DNA from: Mobula hypostoma
Taxonomy: Eukaryota
NCBI RefSeq assembly: GCF_963921235.1
Contig: NC_086109.1
Coordinates: 4,094,001 to 4,158,000, forward strand
Direction of reading: 5' to 3'
Length of the DNA: 64,000 nt
Each line of letters begins with the position of its first letter. The first letter of the stretch is position 1. Both the position numbers and the translations under genes were made by a program. The notes under the pieces are model-generated. The model was not told the DNA's origin. It saw nothing but the letters and a program-made list of their open reading frames with translations, and made no database searches. Of the stretch, positions 12,457 to 24,265 are shown in pieces.

Positions 12457-13270
12457 CAAGACCAGAAGATATAGGAGCAAAATTACACCATTCGGGTTAT
12501 CGAGTCTGCTCTGCCATTTCATCACGTCTGATCCATTTTCCCTCTCAGCCCCAATCTCCTGCCTTCTCCTCATAACCCTTCATGTCCTGACTAATAAAGA
12601 ATCTATCAACTTCTACCTTAAATATATCCAATGACTTGGCCTGCACAGCTGCTTGTGGCTACAAATTCCAGTTTCACCACTCACTGGTGAAAGAAATTTC
12701 TCCTCATCTCCATTCCAAATGAACATCCCGCTGTTCTGAGGCTGTGTCCTCAGGTCCTAGACTCCCCCACCGTAACTTCCTCTCCACATCTACTCTATCA
12801 AAGCCTTTCAACATTTGATACATTTCAATGAGATTCCCCCCCCTCATTCTTCTGAATTCCAGTGAGTACAGGCTCAGAGCCATCAAACACTCCTCATATG
12901 ATAAACCACCCCAATCCCAGAATCATTCTCGTGAATCCCTTTTGAACCCTCTCCATGCCAGCATATCCTTTCTGAGATAAGGGGCACAGTATAATCCTGC
13001 CATTTGACCTCCTGAAATTCAACAGCTCCACTTGTTCAGATTAAACTCCACCTACCATTTCTCCGCCCACATATCCAACTGATCTACTGATCCAACCAGA
13101 AGACCGTAAGACATAGGAGCAAAATTATGACTGATATATTATGCCTCTCAACCCCATTCTTCTGTCTTCTACCCGTAACCTTTGACACCCTGAGTAATGA
13201 AGAACTTATCATCCTCTGTTTTAAATATATCCAATAACTTGGCCTCCACAGTGACTGTGGCAATGAAAAC
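12457..13270 (-). mobile_element. CR1 3' fragments
   Basis: LYSLEFRRMRG motif on the minus strand; CR1 3' UTR-like sequence. Confidence 0.8.
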
Positions 13271-13626
13271 TAGTGGACAAACTTCCTAGTTCTCTATCTT
13301 TTTCAGTGCCGAGGTCCGGGGTTTGAAGTTTATCTGTTTCACCTCTGTCTCCTTCAGCTTAATCTCAATCTCATCATTTCCCTCTCAACATTCCTTCTGA
13401 TGGCACAGACGTGATATCTACCCACAGGGGAGATGGTTCTGTTAGCATACGGGGAACAGAAACAGTGGCAAGAATGTCTTTTGAAACAGATTAGTAGTTT
13501 TACTGGAACTCGGGCACAGGAAATACTTTCTTAGTTTTGAAAGAAGTTCAGCATTTTTATGACAATTAAGTCTTATGTTTTTCAGTATATCAGTTTCAGC
13601 TGGATGTTTATTATGTTCAGCTCTTG

Positions 13627-14095
13627 TAGGAAGGATGTGCAAACTTTAGAGAGGGCACAGAGGATATTTATCAGGATACTGCCAGGATTATGAGGATAGG
13701 TTGAGCAAGCTAGGGCTTTTCCCTTTGGAGTGAAGGAAAATGAGAGGTGACTTGATAGAGGTGTACAAGATGATAAAATGGACAGTCAACTCCTTTTTCC
13801 TGGGGTAGAAATAGCTAATACGAGGGAACACGACTTTAAGGCAGAAGTATAGAGGGGATTTCAGAGGTAAGTCCTTTTACACAGAGAGCGGTGGGTGTGT
13901 GGAACTCACTGCTGGGCGTGGTGGTAGAGGCTGATACGTTTCGGACATTTAAAAGACTTTTAGGCAGATGGATGATAGAGAAATGGAGGGTTATTTGGGA
14001 GGGATGGCTTGGTTTGATCTGGAGTAGGTTAAAACGTCAGCACAACATTGTGGGTCGAAGGGCCTGCACTGTGCTGTACTGTTCTATGTTCTGTA
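13627..14095 (+). mobile_element. CR1 3' fragment
   Basis: ttacacagagagcggtgggtgtgtggaac...gtgctgtactgttctatgttct tail. Confidence 0.8.
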
Positions 14096-14584
14096 TTCCA
14101 TGTTACGTGTTCTCTGTTCCATGTTCGGATGGCACATCAATTATAGAATTAAGGCGGCACAATAGATTTCTGATGGAAATGACCCAGATAAGCCGTCAGT
14201 GCTTCAAAGCTGGAAGTGAAACGTCAAAGGCTGGGTCGTCTGTAATTCAGGATATCTGGGAACCTTATTGTAAACTTGTGCGGACAACACTGGCCATCAG
14301 GAGGAAATTCCTGAGTAATTCACAAGTGACGAGCTTGGCAGCGGGGGAAATGACTGAGAAGGGTAGTATGGAAAACAGTGACTCTGTGGCCTTCACCAGC
14401 ACTTCTAACCAAGACACCGCGCAGCACCGAGCTCGTTCATTAGAAAGGAGCAAGCAGGCGCCAGTCGATGTAGACAATGACCAGTCTGCATGATTTCAGA
14501 GTTAATGAAGATAGTTCAGAATTACACCAGGGATAAGAGGGCCCAACAACTGGCCAGTCATTCCTTCAACGTGTGGCTCAGTCC

Positions 14585-14995
14585 GTAAGACCATAAGTAG
14601 CTGGAGCAGAATTAGGCCATTTGGCCCATCGAGCCTGCCCAGCCATTCCATCATGGCTGATTTATTATTCCTCTCAACCCCTGTCTTCTCCCTGTAAACT
14701 TTGATGCCCTGACTAATCAAGAATCTATCAATCACTGCTTCAAATATACTCAATGACTTGCTCTCCATTGCCATCTCTGGCAATGAATTTCACAGATTCA
14801 GTTCCCTCGGGCTAAAGAAGTTCTTCCTCATCTCTGTTCTAGATAGACATCTCTCTATTCTGAGGCTGTGTCCTCTGGTCCTAGACTCCCCCACTATAGG
14901 AAACATCCTCTCCACATCCACTCTATCTAGGCCTTTCAATATTCAGTAGGTTTCATTAAGATTCCCTTCATTCTTCTAACCTCCAGCAAGGCCTT
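14585..14995 (-). mobile_element. CR1 3' fragment
   Basis: Reverse complement of CR1 ORF2 end and 3' UTR. Confidence 0.82.
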
Positions 14996-16189
14996 CTGGT
15001 ACGTGTGAAACCAAGGAATACAAACACAAAGTGTTGTGATATAAACTGAGCCCGGTGTGTTGACATGTCCTTGTCCCTGTGGAACACACCCTTCAGATGG
15101 ACATTTCCATATCACCAGCCCCTCAGAGAAACACTTCTGTGGAAAAACATCTCTAATCACAAGCCTAGCAGGAAGTAGTCTGCACAAAATGTCTGACACG
15201 ATCTTGTGGGATGGTTCCTGGAGCAGACACTAAAGTCATTTGGCAGAATGCCTCATTGCCAGAACTCTCAAGCACTCAACAAGGACTTGGTCAGATCCCT
15301 CCGTGAAATGCTTTGTGAATGGCTAGATTCTTAGTCCTACCTCAGCCCTCAGGACTGCCTCCAGCACATTCTCAGATTGTTTGTCATTGAAAGCTGATTT
15401 TTCTTTTCTGATGCTGATCTGATCCTCTGGGTGAAGGTGTTGCCCCTCAGTTTCCTATTAAATCTCTTCCCTCTTCCTTGTCCTCTGGTTCTTGATTCCA
15501 CAACCATGGGGAAAAACAGTGTGCTTTCATCCTCTCTGTGTCCCTCATGGTTTGGCATACCTCGATAAGGTCACTGTGCATTCTCCAACACCCTGAGGAA
15601 TAAAGCCCTAGTCCGCCCAACCACTCTCTATAATTCAGTCTCCGGCAACATCCTCGTAAATCTTTTCACTCCACATGCTGAATGTGTGTTTTGAAATTAG
15701 AAGTTAAATGAAAAATAAGCAGTGAGCAAAAGCTGCATTGAACGTGGTCCATCATGACTGTGTGTTGGTGCCCTCCTGATTAACGCCTGGTGCAACTTGA
15801 ACCCGCATCCCGCGCCCCCCCCCCCGACTGTGCAGCTGTCGGCAGCGTTAGTACAAAGTACTGCGTGGAAGTAAAAGAGTAGATTTTAGCCTCAAGTACT
15901 CGGGGTTGGTCGCTGAACAGGATAACAGATGGCTGATGCCTTGGTATAGGCATGTGTATAACTTTCACAATTAATGCATAAGCTTTGAAACTCCACTCAA
16001 GTGGATTTTACCAGATGTTGTCACCTTCTCTCTTGGGTGGGAGAGAGAGAGATGTATTAGAGAACCCTAATTCACAGCTTAGTCTCCAGATCCTGAAAGC
16101 AGTATTTGCCCCCACAATAACAGATTCCAAACATTTTCACATTGTTGCTTTGGGCTTCTGCTGAGCACGTTTCCAGATGCATTTCAGAG

Positions 16190-16462
16190 GGCTGCACGGT
16201 AGCGCAGTGGTCAGCACGACGCTTTACAGTACGTGCGACCCGTGTTCAATTCCCACCACCACTGTCTGTTAGGAGCTGGTACGTTCTCCCCGTGACTGCG
16301 CGGGTTTCCTCCGGGTGCTCCGGTTTCCTCCCACAGTCCAAAGACGTACCGATTGGTAGGTTAATTGGTCATTGTAAATTGTTCAGTGATTAGACGAGGG
16401 TTAAATCGGGGGTTGCTGGGCGGCATATTTCAAAGGGTCAATTCTGCGCTGTATCTCAAAAA
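16190..16462 (+). mobile_element. V-SINE (HE1-like)
   Basis: tRNA-like head plus V-domain gggtttcctccgggtgctccggtttcctcccacagtccaaagac. Confidence 0.85.
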
Positions 16463-16619
16463 AAGAACTCCAGTTTATAAATGGACTTGTCAATATGTAA
16501 GTATAAAGTTCTTCACCATGTCAGCTCAAAACAGTTTTCTCTGTAAACTGGTCAGTAAATGAATAACTAGCAGTCTGAATCACTTCCTATACTTCCCTCC
16601 AAATCACCTTCAAATGACT

Positions 16620-17045
16620 AATCCGAGGGGGCATAATTTTAATATGACTAGAGGAACCATTGGGAGAGGGTGATGTCAGCGGTAGATTTTTTACACAGAG
16701 AGTGGTACGGGCATATGGATTGAGGGTGTAACTGAGGTCAGTACCTATTCCCCAGGGTGGTAATGGTTAATATATGGGGGCATAATTCAGGGTAATTGGA
16801 GGAAAGTATAAGGGGGCCGTCAGAGGCAGCTTTTTTTTACACAGACAGTAGAGAGTGTGTGGAACAGGCTGCCAGGAGTGGTGGTCGAGGGGGATACATT
16901 TGGGGCATTTAAGAGACTCTTAAGCACATGGACGATAGAAGGATAGAGAGCTATGTGGGAGGGAAGGGCTAGATTAATTTCAGATTAGGTTAAAGGAGGT
17001 CGACACAACATTGTGGGCTGCAAAGCCTGCACTGTTGTTCTACGT
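16620..17045 (+). mobile_element. CR1 3' fragments (partly duplicated)
   Basis: Two ggggcataatt...ttttacacaga segments followed by the CR1 tail. Confidence 0.7.
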
Positions 17046-17393
17046 TGTCAAAACATTCATTGCAGGAATATAGGACTCTGGCAAAGTCAGGGTTAATAAG
17101 CACATGCTTAATTGAAGTGCGTTTAGCACTTATACCCCAAAGGAAATGAACCAGGTCAGGATACAGGGGAAAATGTGTCTCACAGAACGATGTCTCAGAC
17201 AAAGAACGCATTTATAACTTTTTTTGTGTGTTTCTTTGCTGTTTCCTGATGCTGTTAGTTATCCACTCAGCAGTTCCATCCACATACACTTATTTCCTCT
17301 GTGTGGGGCACTATCAGCCAGAAGGCTAGCTTCTGGAGTGTGTTTGCTCGTGAAGGAGGTGGAGAGAATGGGAGGGGGCTGTGATTAACTGCG

Positions 17394-17400
17394 TATAAAA
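17394..17400 (+). promoter_or_regulatory. TATA box of the CD34-like gene
   Basis: TATAAAA about 110 bp upstream of the ATG at 17510, in non-repetitive sequence. Confidence 0.6.
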
Positions 17401-17509
17401 CATCCGTTCCCAGCAGACACACTCCATACCCTTCTGGGTGTAATGTTGGGCTCTGAGCTTGCAAAGTAACCAGAAGCTACTTGCAGCAAGAAATCAGCTT
17501 TTAAACACA

Positions 17510-17588
17510 ATGGCCACCTTCTGGAGCTTGGTCAACGTTTCCAAAGGACAGCAGTTCACCTTGATGTTGTGCGTCTTGAGTTTGATTG
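17510..17588 (+). CDS. CD34: CD34-like sialomucin, exon 1 (signal peptide)
   Basis: acaATGg Kozak context. Encodes MATFWSLVNVSKGQQFTLMLCVLSLI plus 1 nt, then donor G|gtgagt. Resembles the CD34 leader ending WTALCLLSLL. Confidence 0.75.
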
Positions 17589-18354
17589 GTGAGTAAAGTA
17601 TGTGGAACTAAAAAGCAGATGGTTGTTTCCAGAGGTATCAGAAGCTGCAGTCAGTTGCAGTTCTGACAAGAGATGTGCCTTTCGCTTTTCTGCATAAAGG
17701 TGACATTTATTTAATGCAAGAATTTCCTCCTAAAGGAGTCAAAAATATTCTTACATACTACAAAAGCAATCACAATAATTTTAGGAAAAACGGTTTGCTT
17801 TTAAACATGTTAAAATATAATAATATTGAGAGTTTAATGGCAAGGAATTGGTAATCTTCAAATGGTGAGTTAGTAACTCTAAGTTTTGGTTAGAATTCTG
17901 ACCAGCTTTTGTTCTGAAGATCCCAACATGTCACTGAATACAGCTTTAATATTTTGCATTCCAAGATTCAAACATATTTTAAGAGTATCATTTTGAAGGA
18001 AGTGTTCACTCGAAGTTTTACGGAAACTGTGTACGACTCCCAGCCTCTGCCAATGTTCCTTTTTTAAAAAAAAACCGTGCCAAGCTAACAAAACTGGTGA
18101 TATACATCGCACGTGCTTGAAGTCTGAACTCAAACAGAAAATATTGGAGGTGCTCGTCTCCTGCGGGGAGGGGAACAGAGAGAATGCTTCAAGTCGACAA
18201 TCAGTTTCTGGAGCCAAGATAAACTGCGCTGAGCATTTTACATCTGATCAGCTCCTAGTGAGAATTGTAGGCATGTTATCCAATGGATTCCCAATACAGA
18301 ATAGATTAGGACAACTAAAATCAAGCTCTCTAGTCAATTTCATTCCAGTAATTC

Positions 18355-18885
18355 ATGCAGAAAGTGTTGGGTGTGTGGAATGACCTTTCAGGGGCAGAGG
18401 CAGGTACATTAGGGACAGTTAAGGAACTCTTAGATAAATAAACATATGGGTGATAGAAAAATGGACGGTTATGTCTGAGGGAAGGCTTAGGTTGATCTGA
18501 GAGTAGGTTAAAAGGTTGGCACAACGTTGTGGGCTGAAGGACCTGTACTGTGCTCTACTGGTCTATGTCCTGTGTTTATACAGATCAGATTACTGAGGGT
18601 GTTCAAGGTAGAACAACAACAGAACACAGAATAAAGTGTTACAGTTACAGAGAAAGTGCCATGCAGGTAAACAAAGAAGTGTAAGATCATAACGAGGTAG
18701 ATTGTGAGGCCAAGAGTTTATCATTAGGGCGGAGACAGATAGGTTCTTGATTAGCCAGGGCATCAAAGGGTATGGGGAGAAGGCAGGGCAGTGGGGATGA
18801 CTGGAAGAATTGGATCAGCCCATGATTGAATGGCAGAGCAGACTCGATGGGCCGAATGTCCTACTTCTGTTCCTATATCTATGGA
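18355..18885 (+). mobile_element. CR1 3' fragments and other LINE tail
   Basis: Two CR1 3' UTR segments (18355-18570, 18735-18885). Confidence 0.7.
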
Positions 18886-19079
18886 CTTGTCTTATCATAC
18901 AAGAGCTCCACTTAATGATCTGATAGGACTGCGGAGTGGATGTCCTGAAACCAGGACTGGCGACATCACCCTTACCCCGTCTGGGTTTGGGTGTAATAGT
19001 GGTGTGTACCGTTGATCCATCAGGTCTACCGACCATCACAGAGAATGGCCAATGAAGTGACTGGAGCTCTGGATGTGAA

Positions 19080-19500
19080 GAACGGGTGGGGTGAAGGGGC
19101 AGGTGACGTATTTCCTCTGGTAGCACTGACCCAACGGTTCACAGGGAGAATGATCCTTCAACCGTGAATGGGAGGAGGGAATCTGCACGTGGTGGTGGCG
19201 TCAGGCTGGAGGTGGGAATGTGAATGCAGAAGAGGGTCGGGAAAGACTGAAAGGTGGGAAGAGAGGATAATGGACCCCACCCTGGCTCTGGAAGTGAGCA
19301 GACACAGGAAACAGGAACTAGCCCAGTATCCTGACAGCTGGTGGTTGAGGATAACGGAATACATTTCCAATATACTGTGGGAAAATCTTCCGTGTGGAGC
19401 AGGGTGAGACAGGCAGAATGGAACACAGTCCTTGCAGGAGATGGAGGTGATCAGATATAGTGGCTGACCTGGGCAAGTGGTCAATCATCTGTCCCAGTGC
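19080..19500 (-). mobile_element. Old PLE ORF fragment
   Basis: Similar to 56780-57250 of the long PLE copy. Confidence 0.6.
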
Positions 19501-20769
19501 CTGGGGAAAGAATGAAAGATTCAGAGACGGGCTCGTGGCAGAGAGAATTTTTGTTTTGGTTTGGACAGGGCATGGTTAAATATTTATGCTGCGCCGATTT
19601 TGTGACTAGAAATAAATTGATATCTGTTGCAAGTTAACTTTGAAAGCTGCAGAGACCTTCTACCAATACAGCAACTCTCCTCTCAGACCTTGGCCCTATG
19701 CACACACTAAAAACGTGTGTACCTCCCTAGTGTGGAGACTCCCCCCATCCTTCACACTTCCCACCACTCCTCACCTCTCACTCAACCCCCTCCCCTCAGT
19801 CTGGCACATTTCCTCCTGCTGCCACTGCTGAAGTCCAGGGTCTGTCTCCATTCCCAATGCTTCCTAATGTCCAGCTCTTGTTGTCCAGGTTGAAACACCA
19901 GTCTGCAGGCAATGTTACTTGGAGCTGGTGTAATTTTTCACCCTCCTCCTGATTGCAAACACAGAAACCAGTAACCAAGTGTACAGGAAATGTTGAGCTA
20001 TGTTTCACTTTCGGGACATTTAATGTCCGGACCCCCATTACGACGCATGTGTATTTGCCCCTGGTTTGAGGCAGCGATGGTGACTAGCCCAGTGGTTTGC
20101 CCCCGATTGTGGGAACAGGTTGCAAATGATGTTCAGGGGAGCCAAAGTGAGCTCACAACATGAGGGTGGGGGAGTTGCACAAGTACACAAGCCTCAAAAT
20201 TACAGTCTTTAATAGCTTTCAATAATCAATAACATGTGTATTTCAGACAACCAGATGTAACATACAAATGAATCTGAAGCCATATAATATTTTCTCCAGA
20301 CTATTATTTGGATTACTATAATTACTTGAATTATATGTGTGTATAAACGTTAAAAAAAGGCAGCCTGTGCCTCACCGTCAATGACTGTTGGAGGGTTTCC
20401 ATGTCCGCACTAATGAGCCAACTCGATAAAGGGGTGTAAGGCGATATCTATTGTGAGCCGAGAGCACTGGGAGTCCACACTCCATCAAACAGACGTTGTG
20501 CAGAGGATGTGTTTCCGGCCTATGCTGATTCACTCCACCCAATCTCCAATGAAGACAATGGGGCTTTCACTGGAAAACAGGAAAACAGGGGCAGGAGACC
20601 ACTTGGCCCCTCAAACCTGTCCCAACATTCAGTATGATCATGGCCGATCTACCCTAGGCCTGTTTTTTCCCCACAAAACTATAAAAATTTATTTACACAA
20701 AGTACAAACATTAAGTATTTACAAGACAGTGAATAAATTCAAATTAAAATATGATCACTACTGTCTATA

Positions 20770-20935
20770 AAACAGTCAATTCCCTGACGGGGCCTAGTGC
20801 TCCCAGAAATCCTCCACTGTACCCATAGTGACCGCATGCTCCCTCTCCAAGGACAGCCGGGCATGAACGTATTCTCAGAAAGGGGCAGGCAGTCAGCACT
20901 GGAAGGGCCTCGACTTTTGCCATAGTTTTAGGTCA
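20770..20935 (-). mobile_element. Tx1/L1-clade LINE 3' fragment
   Basis: Minus strand gives DCLPL..YVHARLSLEREHAVTMGTVEDFWEH, typical of the Tx1-like ORF2 C-terminus. Confidence 0.6.
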
Positions 20936-20977
20936 AGAGACGAAAACTGTGCACCACTCCAGGAATGACCTCACCAA

Positions 20978-21200
20978 TTTCCCAGACAACAGCAACAAAA
21001 CCTCCCTGTTTCTAAACTCCAACCTGTTCACAACAAAAGCCAATGTGCTTTTTCGCCACATGGGCAAGTTGGACATCTGTGCTAACCTTTTCCCAGACAA
21101 CAGCAACAAAACCTCCCTGTTTCTAAACTCCAACCTGTTCACAATAAAAGCCGATGTGCTATTTCCCCACATGGGCAAGTTGGACCTCTGTGCTAACCTT
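20978..21200. repeat. Tandem duplication, 2 x 111 bp (CR1-derived)
   Basis: cccagacaacagcaac occurs at 20981 and 21092. Minus strand reads LAFVVNRLEFRNREVLLLL. Confidence 0.9.
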
Positions 21201-21409
21201 CTTTGGTTCAAGCACTAGAACATCCAGCTCTCTTTGAACTTTCCTCAATTTACTGAGGGGAACTTTGGCTTGAGATCTAAAACCTTGACAAACTCCTATA
21301 ACGGTGTAATGACTGGCTGCATCACAGCCTGGTATGGAAACACCAATGCCCTTGAATGGATCCCACTTTCTGTGATGGATGAAACAGAGTTTTACCACTT
21401 ATGGAGCAA

Positions 21410-21730
21410 CGCACACTAAATGCTGGAGGAACTCAGCAGATCAGGAGAGGAACAAGTAGTTGACATTTCAGGTTGAGACCCTTCACCAGGACTGGAAAAG
21501 GAAGGGGGCAGAAGCCAAATAATAAGTTGGGATACGTTAGAAGTTCAAGTTGGCAGGTGATAGGTGAAGCCAGGTGAGGGGGAATGAAGTGAGGATTTGT
21601 GAGGTGATGGTTGGAAAAGGTAAAGGGCTGAAGGTGAAGAAACCTGATAGGAGAGGAGAGTGGACCATGGAGAAAGGGAGGGAAAAGGGGCACCAGAGGG
21701 AAGTGAAAGGCAGATGAGGAGAAGGGAAGG
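21410..21730 (-). mobile_element. PLE 3' end with degenerate hammerhead
   Basis: atgctggaggaactcagca...tttcaggttgagacccttcaccaggactg plus a purine-rich UTR. Confidence 0.78.
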
Positions 21731-22424
21731 TTCCACCAAACAATCTGCCTATTAGTCTTCCATCAGGTCCCTCAGCAGGTGAGGACCAACCTTGGTCAAT
21801 ATCCACCGGGAAAAATCAACACTGCTGCTTAAATTAGGCTCTAAAACTGATAACCAGAAGCAACACCACAGACTCTGGCTGAGGAAAGGGAGTAATTCAG
21901 ACAAGATTCCTCAACCTCCAGCAGTAATTTAAAGATCCGATTGTTTTTACAGTGAAGCAATATGGTATCATTGCTATTCGGGACATGTGTTGTTTAATGT
22001 TCATCGGCTAAGTTTGTTCCCCCCACGTTTTCAGATCCTCCACGACGGCTGAGTAGAAACCATTGTTCTGGTGAAGAGTGGCTAGCGCAGAATTTTCTTC
22101 AAAAATCAGACCCTCAGGCAGGGCTTTCCCACCACCTGACGAGTTGGAGGTTAAATGTACTCAACATCCCACCGGCACTCATCTGTGGCCGGGCTGCAGC
22201 CAAGAAAAGCTCTGCACCAGAAGCCTCAGAAGGCTCCTAAACTTTAGTGAAAACAATATTACTGCACAGCACACCAACTCCATCTTTTCATTGGTTTCCT
22301 GGGATTTGTCTCTCCATTTTCTGTCAACGCCAACTGACCTGGAGAAGGTTGGGGTGGGCTGCCACCTTGAACCAAGGCGGTCCACATTATGAAGGGGCTT
22401 CCATGTGCTGCTGAGGGGGGAGTT

Positions 22425-23085
22425 TCAGGTCATAGAATCATAGAATCATTGAACACTACAGCACAGAAACAGCTCCTTGGCCCATCCACTCCATATCATG
22501 CTCTTATTCTGCCTTGTCTTATTAAACAACACCTGAACTATAGCTCTCCATACCCCTCCCATCCATGTGCCCCTCCAAATTTTGTTTAAACATTACGATT
22601 TAGTCTGCACCCAACACTTCTGCTGTTAGCTTCTTCCACGCCCGTACAGCCCTCTGTGTGAAGGAGCTCCCCCTCAGAATCCCCTCACGTATTTTTACCT
22701 TTCACCCTAAACCTGTCAGCACAAGAGATTTTGCAGACGCTGGAAATCCAGAGCAACACACACAAAATGCTGGAGAGACTCAGCAGGTCAGGCAGCATCT
22801 GTAGAAAGGAGTAAACAGTCAACGTTTCAGGCTGAGTCCTGAAGAACAGTCTCAAACCAAAATGTTGACTGTTTATTCCTTTCCGTAGATGCTGCCTGAC
22901 CTGCTGAGTTTCTCCAGCATTTTGTGTGCATGTTATCCTTAACTCATGACCTCTAGTTCTTCTCTCACCCAACCTCAGTGGAAAAAGCCTGCTTGTACTT
23001 ACCCTATCTATACCCCTCATAATTTTGTATACCTCTATCACATCTCCCCTCCATCCTCCTACACTCCAGGGAATGTAGTCCTATA
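22425..23085 (-). mobile_element. CR1 3' fragment hosting a PLE fold-back
   Basis: IEVYKIMRGIDRV..RLFPL..RTRGH on the minus strand, interrupted at ~22720-22930. Confidence 0.78.
22721..22929. mobile_element. PLE-derived fold-back element
   Basis: Arm cacacaaaatgctggagagactcagcaggtcaggcagcatct and its reverse complement flank decayed hammerhead halves. Confidence 0.85.
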
Positions 23086-23089
23086 CAAT

Positions 23090-23580
23090 GTACACAAAAC
23101 GTTGGAGGAACTAATCAGGGTCAGGCAGCACATATGGAAATGAATAAATGGCCAATGTTTTGGGCCAAGACCCTTCTTCAGGACTGAGAAGGAAGGGGGA
23201 AGGTGCCAGAATAAAAAGGTGGGGAGAGGGGAAGGAGGATAGTTGGAAAATGATGGATGAAACCAAGTGGGTGGGAAAGATAAAGGGTTGGAGAAGAAGG
23301 AATCTGATAGGAGAGGAGAGTGGACCATCAGAGAAAGGGAAGGAGTAGGGGATCCGGGGAGAGGTGATAGGCAGGTGAGAAGAGGTAAAAGGCCAGTGTG
23401 GGAAAAGAAGAAGAGGGGAGATAGAGGGAATTCTTTTTTTACTGGAAGGAGAGATTGATGTTCATACCTTCAAGCAGGATACGTTATAGCTCCTCCACCT
23501 CATCTTGGTATAGGAGGAGGCCATGGACCGACATATCGGAACGGATATGGGAATCGAAGTTTGGCCACTGGGAAGTTCCA
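23090..23580 (-). mobile_element. PLE 3' fragment
   Basis: Degenerate hammerhead at 23150-23190, purine-rich UTR and a GIY-YIG-end remnant. Confidence 0.78.
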
Positions 23581-23709
23581 CAAAAGTCCTGACCTGTTCA
23601 ACCTTTTCCTATAACTGAGGTCCACAAGTCCCAGCAATATCCTTAGCTTCTGTGACAATGACAGATCAGCAACAAGTTTGCAATTCAGGATGGCGAGTGC
23701 CTTGCTGTT

Positions 23710-24265
23710 CCAAATCAGAATCAGAGTAGTGGGGTAGTGACCATGGGTTCAACGTCAATTCAGAAATCAGATGGCTGAGGGGAAGACACTGTTCCTGAAT
23801 CGTTGAGTGTGTGCCTTCAGGCTCCTATACCTCCTTCCTGATGGTAACAATGAGAACAAGGCATGTTCTGGGTGATTGGGGTCCTTAATGATGGATCTGC
23901 CCTTTTGAGTCACCACTCCTTGCAGTTGTCCTGGAAACTATGGAAGCTATTGCTCATGATGGAGCGGACTACATTTACAATTCCCTGCAGCTTATTTTCA
24001 TCCTGTGTTGCAACTCCCCTCCCCACCCCGTACCAGACAGTGATGCAGCCAGTCAGAATGCTCTCTACGGTAAATCTATAGAAATGTTTGAGTGATTTAG
24101 TTGACAAACCAAATCTCTTCAAGCTTCTCATGAAATATAACTGTTGTCATGTTGCATCAATATGTTGGGTGCTCAGAGATATTGACGCCCCTGGAACTTG
24201 AAATTGCTCACTCTCTCCACTTTTGCTCCCTCTGTGAAGTCTGGCGTGTGTTCCCTCATCTTACC
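23710..24265 (-). mobile_element. Rex1/Babar-type LINE 3' fragment
   Basis: LKHFYRFTVESILTGCITVWYG motif. Confidence 0.8.

Noticed and set aside
13891..14493. 200-aa ORF
   Set aside because: Begins inside a CR1 tail; the remainder has no recognisable domain or splice support.
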